A stretch of DNA of 63,977 nucleotides, filler included, from Octopus bimaculoides (lineage: Eukaryota): assembly GCF_001194135.2 (NCBI RefSeq). It is 9 parts of 9 records of this genome, joined end to end, with 100 filler letters (N's around TTAATTAATTAA, not from the genome) between each part and the next. Parts side by side here need not be neighbours in the genome. Positions count along the whole stretch, not along the records: positions 49,443 to 57,430 come from NC_068987.1; positions 57,531 to 59,493 come from NC_068997.1; positions 59,594 to 62,318 come from NC_069008.1; positions 62,419 to 63,977 come from NW_026313971.1; 5 more parts are not named here. One strand, given 5' to 3'. The position numbers and the translations under genes were made by a program. Positions 51,748 through 63,395 of the stretch are shown here, piece by piece. Below the pieces are notes generated by a model. It was not told the origin of the DNA. It was given only the letters and a program-made list of their open reading frames with translations, and searched no databases. The first letter of the stretch is position 1; every line of letters starts with the position of its first letter.

Positions 51748-51821
51748 CTGCGAATATTGAGTGAGTTAAATTGTTGTTCCACTTCTCGTAGAAAAACTTT
51801 CTGTTGTAATTCATAAGGGTA
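51748..51821 (-). CDS. EIF3L: eIF3 subunit L internal exon (74 nt): YPYELQQKVFLREVEQQFNSLNIR(S)
   Basis: Acceptor TTTCTTCTTCTTTTCAG, donor AG/GTAATT, phase 0 to 2, splices in frame to 50332. Aligns to human EPFLQQLKVFSDEVQQQAQLSTIRS as recalled. Confidence 0.83.
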
Positions 51822-52680
51822 CTGAAAAGAAGAAGAAACAAACTCAGGGCATCAGTTTGACATGCATATGCTTTCACATTTGAAATAATTCTACTTAATG
51901 ATTCATCTTTACAGAAAGTCGTGTCCCACCCAACTGTGAAGTAGCAGACAAGAAACTTGCTTTCCAACCACGTGACTTGGGTCAATCCCACTGCACGACA
52001 CCATAAGCAAGTGTCTTCTACTATAGTCCTGGGCTGAGCAAAGCTTTGTGAATGAATTTGGTAGATAGAAACTGGAAGTATATTGCTATCATCATCATCA
52101 TTTAACATCCATATTCAATGCTAACATGGGTTGGTTGGTTTGACAAGGATTCGAGTCAAGGACTACTTTGGCAAGGTTTCTATAGCTGGATGCCCTTCCT
52201 AATGCCAACTACATGAGAGTGTGTGTGTGTATGTTTGCATGCACTGTTGTCTTGACATCATGTGATGATTGTAAACGAGCATGGCTGTTATGCAAGCAAT
52301 GTTGCTTATTTCCAGTCATCCAAGAAAAAACATTTGGTCACATGAAAATATATTACCTCACTTGGAAATAGGTGAGGACTGGCAATAAAAAGGGCATCTG
52401 GTTACAGAAAATCTGCCTCAACAAATTCTGCATAATCCATGTAAGCAGGGTAAAGAGTATACTAAATGCTGACAGCCCCAGCTACCAAACACTATACACA
52501 AAATTTGAAAACCATCTCACTTAAATTTACAAGAATTCCTTACAGTAATATTGTGCTCAACTTTGGAGGAAGTAGTCGTAAATGCAAAAGATTTGACATT
52601 TCTGATAGATGCTAAGAATGCTTTGTAACAAACTTAATAAACTCGTTTTGATGTCAAATTACACTACTTTCTTTAATTAA

Positions 52681-52886
52681 CCCTTTAGCATTTAAACCAG
52701 CCATATCAGGCCAAAATATTCCTGTTTTATATTGAAACCAGTTAGATCTGGTCTCTCACACTTACCCTACTATGTCATTGTAAAAATAACATCATTAAAA
52801 TCTAGAAGCTACAAGAAAATGCATGCTTAATTCAAAGTAGTGTGAAAAAACAAGCATTACATTTGACAAAGAAATCTGCTAAAGGG
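52681..52886. mobile_element. piggyBac-like MITE
   Basis: TTAA-CCCTTTAGCA...TGCTAAAGGG-TTAA. Confidence 0.85.
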
Positions 52887-53869
52887 TTAAACACAAAAAA
52901 TAAAGGCTGGTGGGAAACAGAAAGAAAGTGAATACTTTGCCATAAAAAGTTCTCAGATCATAAATCTGCAAGATTTAGCCAGAGGAACAGAGATTCTAGT
53001 TCCTGTATCAAAATTAACTATATATATTTTCTTTACTTTATTCAAGTTTATCGTTTCTTTAACTCATTCTCTCTAAATCTGTCCGCCATAGTATAAAAGT
53101 GCAGAAGTGGCTCTCACTTAAACTTGCTTGCATTGCTGTTCCATTAAATTCTGTTTCCCAGAATCCCAAAAATATTTTTCACTTCTGTCTCACGATTTAG
53201 GCATTTGCTGTCTCATTCAATTTTGTAACTGNNNNNNNNNNNNNNNNNNNNNNNNNNNNNNNNNNNNNNNNNNNNNNNNNNNNNNNNNNNNNNNNNNNNN
53301 NNNNNNNNNNNNNNNNNNNNNNNNNNNNNNNNNNNNNNNNNNNNNNNNNNNNNNNNNNNNNNNNNNNNNNNNNNNNNNNNNNNNNNNNNNNNNNNNNNNN
53401 NNNNNNNNNNNNNNNNNNNNNNNNNNNNNNNNNNNNNNNNNNNNNNNNNNNNNNNNNNNNNNNNNNNNNNNNNNNNNNNNNNNNNNNNNNNNNNNNNNNN
53501 NNNNNNNNNNNNNNNNNNNNNNNNNNNNNNNNNNNNNNNNNNNNNNNNNNNNNNNNNNNNNNNNNNNNNNNNNNNNNNNNNNNNNNNNNNNNNNNNNNNN
53601 NNNNNNNNNNNNNNNNNNNNNNNNNNNNNNNNNNNNNNNNNAAGTGGCCCTCGCTTTAAACTTTCTGGCTTGCGATATACCCCCACCCCCAACCAGAACC
53701 GGAAGTTTTTATCCTCTATCATCCTTGGTTGTCTCCCGCGAACACTAAGGGCCTAATGCCATCCCCTCCCCTACTCAGGGGAATTTTTATCGATCTTATA
53801 GCACATAAAGATGGTGTAGTGTATGCAGGTTGTAGGCATTGTTCGTTTATGAATTCTGCCAAATGCAAG

Positions 53870-56800
53870 CTTTCTTTTCAGGTACATGAGGCTGCTGTCC
53901 CCCATCCCAGGGTCTCACTGGCCCACACCATCAGAATTGACACTCTCAATGTCAGCACACTGAAAGGTAGGTCTGGTGAGATTGTTGAGATGCTTGAACA
54001 GAGACATGTAGATCTGTGCTGCAACCAAGAAGTAAGGTGGAGAGGAGGTTCTGCTAGGTTCCTCACAGGCAAACAACACAGGTACAAGATTTTCTGGACA
54101 GGGAACACTGATGGGGTCGGGGGCGTGGGAATACTCTTTCAGAGAAATGGGTTGATAAAGTAATCGAAGTAGTCAGAGTATGTGACAGAGTACTTAAGAT
54201 TAGATTAGTGCTTCACCATAGGTTAGCTACCGTCATCTCGGCCTATGCCCCTCAACCGGGGCTACCCGATGGGCAGAAAGACCAATTCTATGACACCCTT
54301 TTGCAGACTACCTCATTGACGGATGACAGCGACCTTCTCTTTGTGGCTGGTGATTTCAATGGTCATGTTGCGCAACATGCAGGGGGCTTCCATAGCGTAC
54401 ATGGAGGCTATGGCTTCGGTTCCCGCAATGAGAAGGGAACCAGGCTGTTGGAGTTCTGTGATGCAAACAATCTTATGGTTTGCAATACCAACTTCAGGAA
54501 ACCTGCCTGTCACCTAGTCACCTACTGCTCTGGCAGACACACTAGCCAAATCGACTACATCCTCACCAGAAATAGGGAAAGAAGACTGCTTATAAATGCC
54601 AAAACCTTCCCTCAACACAGATTAGTAGTTAGCGACTTCGGGATCAAAGCTAAATGGATGCACAGAAGTAGACCAGCTTGGAAGAGAAAGATCTGGAAGC
54701 TTAAAGATCCTGCAAATGGACAGAGGTTTAGAAATGTCTTACTCGAAGCATTTGACGAAATAGAAGGGGATATAGCATCACACAACTTGGAAGACAATTG
54801 GAGGTTTCCACGGGACAATCTGCTGAGAGTCACCGAACAGATCTGTGGCTGGTGCAAAGTCCCCTCTCAACCCAAAGTAACGTGGTGGTGGAACAATGTG
54901 GTTGACAGGGCTATTAGACAAAAGAAACAGGCTTGGAAGGACTAGAAGAATGGCGGTAGCAGGGAATTGTATCAGACTGCCAGAAGGGAAGTCAGGAGAC
55001 AGGTTTACTTAGCCAGAGGGGAAGCAGATAAGAAAAAAATTTGCCAATGTTCTGCACCGTGAGGACTAAGGACTTGAAGTATTTCGTGTTGCAAGACAGT
55101 GTGTGAGAGAGAGAATCATGATATCATAGGAGAGAAATGTGTCCGCATGGATGATGGCTCACTTGCACTAAACAAGGCTGCAAAGAGAGAGGTTTGGAGA
55201 CGCCACTATGAAAGGCTGCTTAATAAAGAGAATGAATGGAAGGAAGAGAGTCTGCTGCATGTTGACCCAACAGAGGGACCAGCTATCCAACTTGACAGTA
55301 CCTTGGTAGATAAAGTGATCAAGAGTATAAAGACAGGGAAAACCCCCGGCCTATCAGGAATCACTGCAGAGATGCTCAAAATATCTGACAGTGTCAGCTA
55401 TAGCCTAGTCACCCGTATAGTTAAGCAGGTGATACACGAAGGAGTCATACCCAATGACTGGTGTAGCAGCACCATAGTCAACTGCTACTAAGGTAAAGGT
55501 GACGCTTTAGACACAAGCAATTACAGAGGCATCAAGTTGTTGGACCAGGTAATGAAGGTCATCGAAAGGGTCATAGCCCAACTAATTAGGGAGAGAGTCA
55601 GTTTAGATGAGATGCAGTTTGGATTCATGTCAGGGAAAAGCACCACTGATGCTATATTTCTGGTAAGACAGCTGCAGGAGAAATACCTAGCCAAAGATAA
55701 ACCTCTGTACCTGGCTTTCGTTGACATGGAAAAAGCCTCTGACAGGGTCCCCTGCTCACTTATCTGGTGGTCAATGCAGTAACTAGGGATAGATGAGTGG
55801 TTAGTGAGAGCTGTGCAAACCATGTACAAGGACGCTGTCAGTAAGGTGAGGGTTGGCAACGAGTACNNNNNNNNNNNNNNNNNNNNNNNNNNNNNNNNNN
55901 NNNNNNNNNNNNNNNNNNNNNNNNNNNNNNNNNNNNNNNNNNNNNNNNNNNNNNNNNNNNNNNNNNNNNNNNNNNNNNNNNNNNNNNNNNNNNNNNNNNN
56001 NAACTAGAGGAGAAGTTTCAGGTGTGGAAGCAAGGACTAGAATCGAAGGGCCTTAGAGTCAACCTAGCTGAAACCAAAGTCCTAATAAGTAGGAAGGTAG
56101 ACAAAACACAAACCCCTTCAGGTAGATGGCCCTGCTCGATCTGTAGAAAAGGTGTAGGTAGAAATTCCATAAGATGTACCCAGTGTAAGCTATGGACACA
56201 TAAGAGGCGCAGCAATATCAAAGGAAGGCTAACTAGCAAGATAGTTTTTGTATGTGGCAGATGCTCAGGAGCAATAAACACCGAAAATGTGCATAAAGCA
56301 ACCTTTGCCACACTCCAGGGAGAAAAACTAGAAGTAGTTGATAGCTTCTGCTACCTAGGTGACCAAGTTTGTAGCGGGGGAGGGTGCGCTGAAAGTGTAG
56401 ATGCTAGAATAAGAATAGCCTGGGCAAAGTNNNNNNNNNNGGGTGCGCTGAAAGTGTAGATGCTAGAATAAGAATAGCCTGGGCAAAGTTTAGAGAGCTC
56501 TTACCTCTGCTGGTGACAAAAGGCCTCTCACTCAGAGTAAAAGGCAAACTGTATGACGCATGTGTACAAACAGTCATGCTACATGGTAGTGAAACATGGG
56601 CCATGACTGCTGAGGATATGCGTAAGCTCGCAAGAAACGAAGCCAGTGTGCTCTGATGGATGTGTAATGTCAGTGTGCATACTCGACAGAGTGTAAGTAC
56701 CTACAGAGAAAGGTTAGACCTAAGAAGCATCAGTTGTGGTGTGCAAGAGAGACAATTGCGCTGGTATAGGCATGTGGCAAGAATGGATGAGGATAGCTGC

Positions 56801-57430
56801 GTGAAAAAATGCCACACACCAGCAGTTGAGGGAACCTGTGGAAGAGGTAGACCTAGGAAGACCTGGGATGAGGTGGTGAAGCACAACCTCCGAACTTTAG
56901 GCCTCACCGAGGCAATGACTTCTGACCGAGACCTTTAGAAATATGCTGTGCATGAGAAGACCCGGCAAGCCAAGTGAGAGCATAATCTGCGACCTCTGCC
57001 AGTAGTGTAGCCAGCTCACTTATTTGTATCTTTACTTCATTGGACACTAAACTCTGCTTGCGAAAACCTGTTGGGGCAAGTGAAACCGAAATCATAATTG
57101 AACCATATTTGATGACTGGCACCTGCGCCTGTGGAGCACTAACAGCACTGTCCGAGCATGTTCATTGCTAGAGCAGCTGTCTGGCTTTCGTGCTAGTGAC
57201 CCGTAAATAGCACCATTTGAGCGTGATCATTACAAGCGTCGCCTTCTAGCACTTGTGCTGGTGGCACGTTAGAAAATCATTCAAGCGATGTCGTTGCCAG
57301 TGCTGCTGGACTGGCTCCTGTGCAGGTGGCATGTAAAAAACACCATTTTGAGCATGGCTGTTGCCAGTACCACGTGACTGGCCCTCGTGCAGGTGGCACG
57401 TAAAAGCACCCACTACACACTCGGAGTGGT
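53870..57430 (+). mobile_element. RTE-clade LINE, near full length, inactivated
   Basis: APE domain (TLNVSTL, QEVRWRG, AGDFNGH, QIDYIL), RT (NYRGIKLL, QFGFMSGKSTTDAIF, AFVDMEKA), internal Cys finger (PCSICRKGVGRNSIRCTQCKLWTHK), C-terminal GRGRPRKTW, then a 3' UTR with GGTGGCACGTAAAAGCACC repeats. The 5' boundary is approximate. Confidence 0.92.
53930..56938 (+). pseudogene. Disrupted RTE ORF2 (endonuclease-reverse transcriptase)
   Basis: Coding fragments in different frames separated by stops, frameshifts and two gaps. Confidence 0.9.
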
Positions 57431-57959
57431 NNNNNNNNNNNNNNNNNNNNNNNNNNNNNNNNNNNNNNNNNNNNTTAATTAATTAANNNNNNNNNNNNNN
57501 NNNNNNNNNNNNNNNNNNNNNNNNNNNNNNACCACTACAACCACCACAACCACCACCACCACTATCACCATTACATCCACCGCCACCTACACCTTACCAC
57601 CACCTTAACACCACTACCAGTATCTGCAACACCACAACCACCGTCACCACCGCCACCACTAACACTACCACCATCACTTCCTCTACCACCACTACCTCCA
57701 GCACCACAACCAATACCACCTGTACTACCACAGCTATTACCACTACAACCACCACAACCACCACCACTACAATACCACCACCACTACAACCACCTCCACT
57801 ACTGTCACCCCCACCACCACCAGCACCACTGAGGTCGCTGTAATCAACTAAACACCTCTCACAAAATTTCAGGCCTTGTACCCATAGTAAAAAACGGATT
57901 ATCATTATTTTCCATACAGCCTCTGAAAGTGAAACTAAAATACGTCTAGTTTACAAGGA

Positions 57960-58070
57960 GAAGAAGAAGAAGAAGAAGAAGAAGAAGAAGAAGAAGAAGA
58001 AGAAGAAGAAGAAGAAGAAGAAGAAGAAGAAGAAGAAGAAGAAGAAGAAGAAGAAGAAGAAGAAGAAGAA
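57960..58070. repeat. (AAG)n microsatellite serving as tail of a minus-strand SINE B (58070-58230)
   Basis: About 36 AAG units adjoining TCTTTTCTAATCTAGGCACAAGGCCCGAAATTTTG. Confidence 0.9.
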
Positions 58071-58329
58071 TCTTTTCTAATCTAGGCACAAGGCCCGAAA
58101 TTTTGGGAGAGGAGACCAGTCGATTAGATCGAACCCAGTATGGAACTGGTACTTAATTTTATTGCCTTTCAACCAGAAGCTTGAAAGGCATTGTTAACCT
58201 TGACGGATTTTGAACTAGGAACATAAGGTGACGAGACAACTGAAGCATGACAGGTGTTTAAGTGTAAGATTTGCATTGAAATCGAATGCTCGAAAGAAAC
58301 ACGGGACAGTATACATACTAAGTGAATAT

Positions 58330-58740
58330 CTGGTAGATTTTCCCCAAGTTAGTCAGGCAAAGTGGCACTATCTATTGTGACGTAACACTTCCATATTTTT
58401 TCCTTTATTTACAGTTGACCCACGTCTAGTGTTTTGCTTTGATTTAAATCATTAGCAAAGAATAAATTTGCTGTAGCTTTTGCTTTTGTTATTGAAGTTT
58501 ACTTATTCTCAACTCAAGTTTACTCTATTGTCTACACTTTTATCAACGTGTTGATGTCTGTGTTTACAAATCTTTCGGTTTGTTCAATTATCATAATTTG
58601 TTTACTTCATTTTATTAAATCTGTTTGCTTTTTTTTTAAAAGAATTTGTTTTCAAAATTTTCAAAAATTTTTAGGCGTATTCGTCGCTGCCATCTTTGTA
58701 GTTAACACCTCTTTTCGCTCGCCTAGACATTGGCCACATT
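58330..58740. promoter_or_regulatory. Candidate promoter-like unique region
   Basis: CpGs return. Contains GTGACGTA (CRE-like), GCTGCCATCTT (YY1-like), CTCTTTTC (TCT-like) and ATTGGC (CCAAT reverse). Motif-only evidence. Confidence 0.3.
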
Positions 58741-59433
58741 GAATAAACTAAATAAATTGAATAAACATATTGCAAATGAATACAATGGATGTTTGCAAAA
58801 ATATAATGAATGCTGAAAGATGAATCCGATGTTTGACCCTTGTGTAATCGGATGGAGGCCCAAACGTTCTAAAGGCTTTTGTTTGAAAAACAAGCAAATA
58901 AACATTTTTTTTTTACGAAATAAGCATGGTAAAGTATAACATTTTTTTTATATCTGCAACTCTGTTAATAACAGTAACTACGTGCCATAATGTGTGGTGT
59001 ATTGTCTTAGTGTATGTGTTTTCATTCTCATTTTCACATTTTCTCTGCCTTTTGCTCCCTCATTCCTTTTCTCCCTTTCTCTCTTTCCCTTCTCTCTCTC
59101 TCTCTCTCACACACACACAAACACACACACACTATGTGTATGTGTGTGTGTGGGTGTGGATGTGTGTGTGTGTGTGTGTCGTTTCGCTTCCTCGCTTCCT
59201 TGTTTTGCAATAACGAAAATAATAATAATAATAATAATAATGATGATGATGATGATGATGATGATCTTTATTTTTATTGGTGCCACAAGGGTCCTTTTTT
59301 CAAATACAATAACAACATCATGAATAGAGGGTTTACAAAACTTTGAGATGCACAAACGAAGTTTTATAAAAACAGAACAAACGTATCATATATATATATA
59401 CTTATACATACATACATACATACATACATACAT

Positions 59434-59474
<41 letters not shown>

Positions 59475-59599
59475 AACAAACAAACAAACAAGCNNNNNNN
59501 NNNNNNNNNNNNNNNNNNNNNNNNNNNNNNNNNNNNNTTAATTAATTAANNNNNNNNNNNNNNNNNNNNNNNNNNNNNNNNNNNNNNNNNNNNATATAC

Positions 59600-59990
59600 A
59601 TATATACTCTCTTTTACTCTTTTACCTGTTTCAGTCATTTGACTGCATCCATGCTGGAGCACCGCCTTTAGTCGACCAAATCAACCCCAGGACTTATTCT
59701 TTGTAAGCCTAGTACTTATTCTATCAGTCTCTTTTGCCGAACTGCTAGGTTACAGGGATGTAAACACAGCATCATCGGTTGTCAGGCGATGTTTGGGAGG
59801 ACAGACACAGACACACAAACACGTACACACACATATATACATATACATATATACGACGGGCTTCTTTCAGTTTCTGTGTACCAAATCCATTCACAAGGCT
59901 TTGGTCGGCCTGACGCTATAGTAGAAGACACTTGCCCAAAGCGCCACACAGTGGGACTGAACCCGGAACCATGTGGCTGGTAAGCAAGCT
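59600..59990 (-). mobile_element. SINE family A
   Basis: Colinear with 161-554. Confidence 0.85.
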
Positions 59991-60224
59991 GCAGCATGAG
60001 CCCTGGTGTTCTCCTACTTGACTGCAACGTGAGGCTCAAGGTGATCTACTTGATTGCAACATGAGCCCTAGTGATCCCCTACTTGCATGCTAAATTCATC
60101 ACTGTACTCCTGGCTGACTCTGAACCATGAATGTAACAAGTCATTCCTATATTCCTCACTTCCTTAAGGACCACCAAATAAAAGAGTGAGGGACTCAGTG
60201 AAAAGCTTTCTCCGGGCCAATGAA

Positions 60225-60527
60225 TGACAAATGCAATGGCTTACTCTTGGCTAGACATTTCTCTTGCAGCTGTCTCATTATGAAGATGGCATCTGTATTA
60301 CTTCCCCCTGGCACAAAGCCAAACTGCATCTCATCCAGTCAAACGAACTCTGTTCCTAATGAAATGAGCTATAATAACCCTCTCTGTAACTTTTGTGACT
60401 TGATCCATCAGTTTGATACCATGGTAACAGTTGACTTAGGTGCTGCTAGACCAGTCATTGGGTATCTGTACTTCCCTTGCCACCTGACTGACTATGCAGG
60501 TGAGTAGGCTATATCCTACTCCACTGT
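60225..60527 (-). mobile_element. Internal RT fragment of the RTE family
   Basis: Reverse strand is homologous to 55390-55715 (IPNDWSSS, DEMQFGFVPG.SNTDAIF.MRQLQEK). Confidence 0.85.
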
Positions 60528-60731
60528 ATATATATGTATATGTATACACACACACACACACACACACTCGCATACACACACTCGCACACACACACTCGCA
60601 CACACACACTCGCACACACACACACGTGTCTGTGTGTGCATGTCTGTCGTACTCCTATAAACACATACATATATATATATATACATTCATTGATATATAT
60701 ACATATATGTGTATGTCTGCATATTTGATTG

Positions 60732-60800
<69 letters not shown>

Positions 60801-61024
60801 ATATGTATACACATTTATTTATATCAATCTATATATCTATACACACGCACACACATAACATAAAAACACATATATATCTGACAAACCAATTTTACCAACA
60901 TAAACACATCCAGTGTGACTACCTGACAGCATGTGTGTGTGTGTGTGTGTGTATATATATGTATATATATATATACATATATACACACATACACACACAT
61001 ACACACACATATATATATATACAC

Positions 61025-61095
<71 letters not shown>

Positions 61096-61117
61096 TCCTT
61101 AATTGCTTCAAATGCAT

Positions 61118-61323
61118 CCCACCAGATGCAATGTTTGTGCATGGGATGCACAGTCTAATTGCATTAAGTGTGAGTATACATCGTCACCATCACCATCATC
61201 ATCATCATCATCACTAGCATTTAACAGATGTTGAACATTGTTGATAATGATGATGATGATGATATGTATTCACACTTAATGCAATTAGACTGTGCATCCC
61301 AGGCAGAAATTGCATCTAGTGGG
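61118..61323. repeat. Inverted repeat: two CAT-tailed 3' ends tail-to-tail, 32-bp perfect core
   Basis: 61142-61173 is the exact reverse complement of 61270-61301, extended by (CAT)n/(ATG)n and by imperfect outer arms. Confidence 0.9.
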
Positions 61324-61735
61324 GGGCTCACATTTGATGCAGTTAAACATCAGCGCTTATTGCTGCACTGCAGCCGACTTGCAGCGTCAATGGGATGGTG
61401 TTTGCTGCACAGAACGTGTCTGTGTGCAGGTGTATAATGCAAAATTGTGCGCATGCGCATTTATTATATATATACATATACACACACACACACACACATA
61501 TAAATGTGTTTGTTTGTGTGTGTGTGTGTTTTTGTGTATGTGTTTTTTTTTAATCTTTATCTTTTGCCCTTTTTACTGGTTTCAGCCAGAGGTTGGGGTC
61601 CATGCTGGAGTACTGCTTTTCACTTTGTTTGGGTTCCTTTTCTGTACTGTTTTTCGTGAAGAAGCGAGCCGGACGGAGCCACTCTTGTTCGTGCCTCCCG
61701 CCACAATACAGATTCATCTGGTATTTCAGATAGAA

Positions 61736-61787
<52 letters not shown>

Positions 61788-62280
61788 ATATATATGGATA
61801 GATAGATAGATAGATATAGATATATATACGCACACACACACACATACATATATATGCATATTTACATTCGTATATATATATATATATATAAATGTTTATA
61901 TACTTATATATGTATATATATATGCATGTATATATTGTGTTGCTTATTGTTTGTCTATGTTTCTCTTACAATCCTTGCCTTTCCGGTTTTTTTTTATATA
62001 TATATTTTCCAATTCTCCTCATAATTCATCTTTTCTACTATCTGTTCCACAGACTCCCATCTTCGTCCTTGTTGAATTCTGTTCTTCGTGTTCACTCCCT
62101 TATATGTCCCTAGATCTTTGATGTTCATTCTGTCAAATTGAACAATATTACCAAAAAGGCGTTGGAAATTTCCTTGATTTTTTCTGTTGATTACTGAGGA
62201 ATTAAGCATTTATGTGTCCTTTTTTTTTCTGTTTTCCATATGTCCTTTCATCGCCCTTCATTGCAACTTGTTACTATAAT

Positions 62281-62318
<38 letters not shown>

Positions 62319-62418
62319 NNNNNNNNNNNNNNNNNNNNNNNNNNNNNNNNNNNNNNNNNNNNTTAATTAATTAANNNNNNNNNNNNNNNNNNNNNNNNNN
62401 NNNNNNNNNNNNNNNNNN

Positions 62419-62521
62419 GACCTCGGCAGAATTTGAACTCAGAACGTAAAGACGAACGAAATGCTGCTCGATGTGCTAACGATTCTGCCAACGATTCTTC
62501 AACGGCAACATCAACAATAAC

Positions 62522-62583
<62 letters not shown>

Positions 62584-62760
62584 TCCTTTCTAGTGTAGGC
62601 ACAAGGCCTGACAGTTTTGGGGAGGAGACCAGTTGATTACATCGACCCCAATGCATAACTGGTGCTTAATTTATCGAACTCGAAAGGATGAAAGGCAAAG
62701 TGGATCCCAGCGGAATTTGAACTCAGAACGTGCTGACCATTCTGCCAGCTTGCCTCCTTA
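62419..62760 (-). mobile_element. Two SINE family B copies around an (AAT)n tract
   Basis: Family B core at 62419-62500 and 62582-62760. Confidence 0.8.
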
Positions 62761-62774
62761 ATAACTGTTGTTGT

Positions 62775-63140
62775 TGGCCCTCCGTCGCTTGCGACGACGA
62801 GGGTTCCAGTTGATCCGATCAACGGAACGGCCTGCTCGTGAAATTAACGTGCAAGTGGCTGAGCACTCCACAGACACGTGTACCCTTAACGTAGTTCTCG
62901 GGGATATTCAGCGTGGCATAGTGTGTCAAGGCTGGCCCTTTGAAATACAGGCACAACAGAAACAGAAAGTAAGAGTGAGAGAAAGTTGTGGTGAAAGAGT
63001 ACAGCAGGGTTCACCACCATCCCCTGCCGGAGCCTCGTGAAGCTTTAGGTGTTTTCGCTCAATAAACACTCACAATGCCCAATCTGGGAATCGAAACCGC
63101 GAGTCCGCTGCCCTAACCACTGGGCCATTGCGTCTCCACG
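62775..63140 (-). mobile_element. SINE family D, full length
   Basis: Minus strand GTGGAGACGCAATGGCCCAGTGGTTAGGGCAGCGGACTC...GGTTTCGATTCCC tRNA-like head; 3' domain shared with 25030-25195. Confidence 0.85.
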
Positions 63141-63142
63141 CC

Positions 63143-63189
<47 letters not shown>

Positions 63190-63192
<3 letters not shown>

Positions 63193-63395
63193 ATCACATA
63201 AACACGTAAAATACTGTCTATGTGATCTCAAATTTTAAAACAAACACAATCCAAATATATGGTACCGTAGGCATAACACCTACATGAACTTCTAACTTGT
63301 TGTCTCTTGAGGTCTCTGGGTGAGACTTGGATCCAACTTGCACAAATGCAAAGCAAAAGTCAAACATAAAATAATAATAATAATAATAATAATGT
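63190..63395 (+). mobile_element. Dong/R4-like 3' terminus sitting within (AAT)n
   Basis: CGT AAA ATA CTG TCT ATG TGA (RKILSM*) parallels HILRKTLSIQ* at 49.1 kb; flanked by AAT arrays on both sides. Confidence 0.5.

Noticed and set aside
52544-52630. Open frame VCYKAFLASIRNVKSFAFTTTSSKVEHNIT ending at GTAAGG, as the preceding eIF3L exon
   Set aside because: The phase fits, but the acceptor is weak and the highly conserved CPKFLSP motif is absent.
56381-56490. 49-bp direct duplication in the RTE around a 10-N gap
   Set aside because: Identical sequence on both sides of a minimal gap indicates an unmerged contig overlap.
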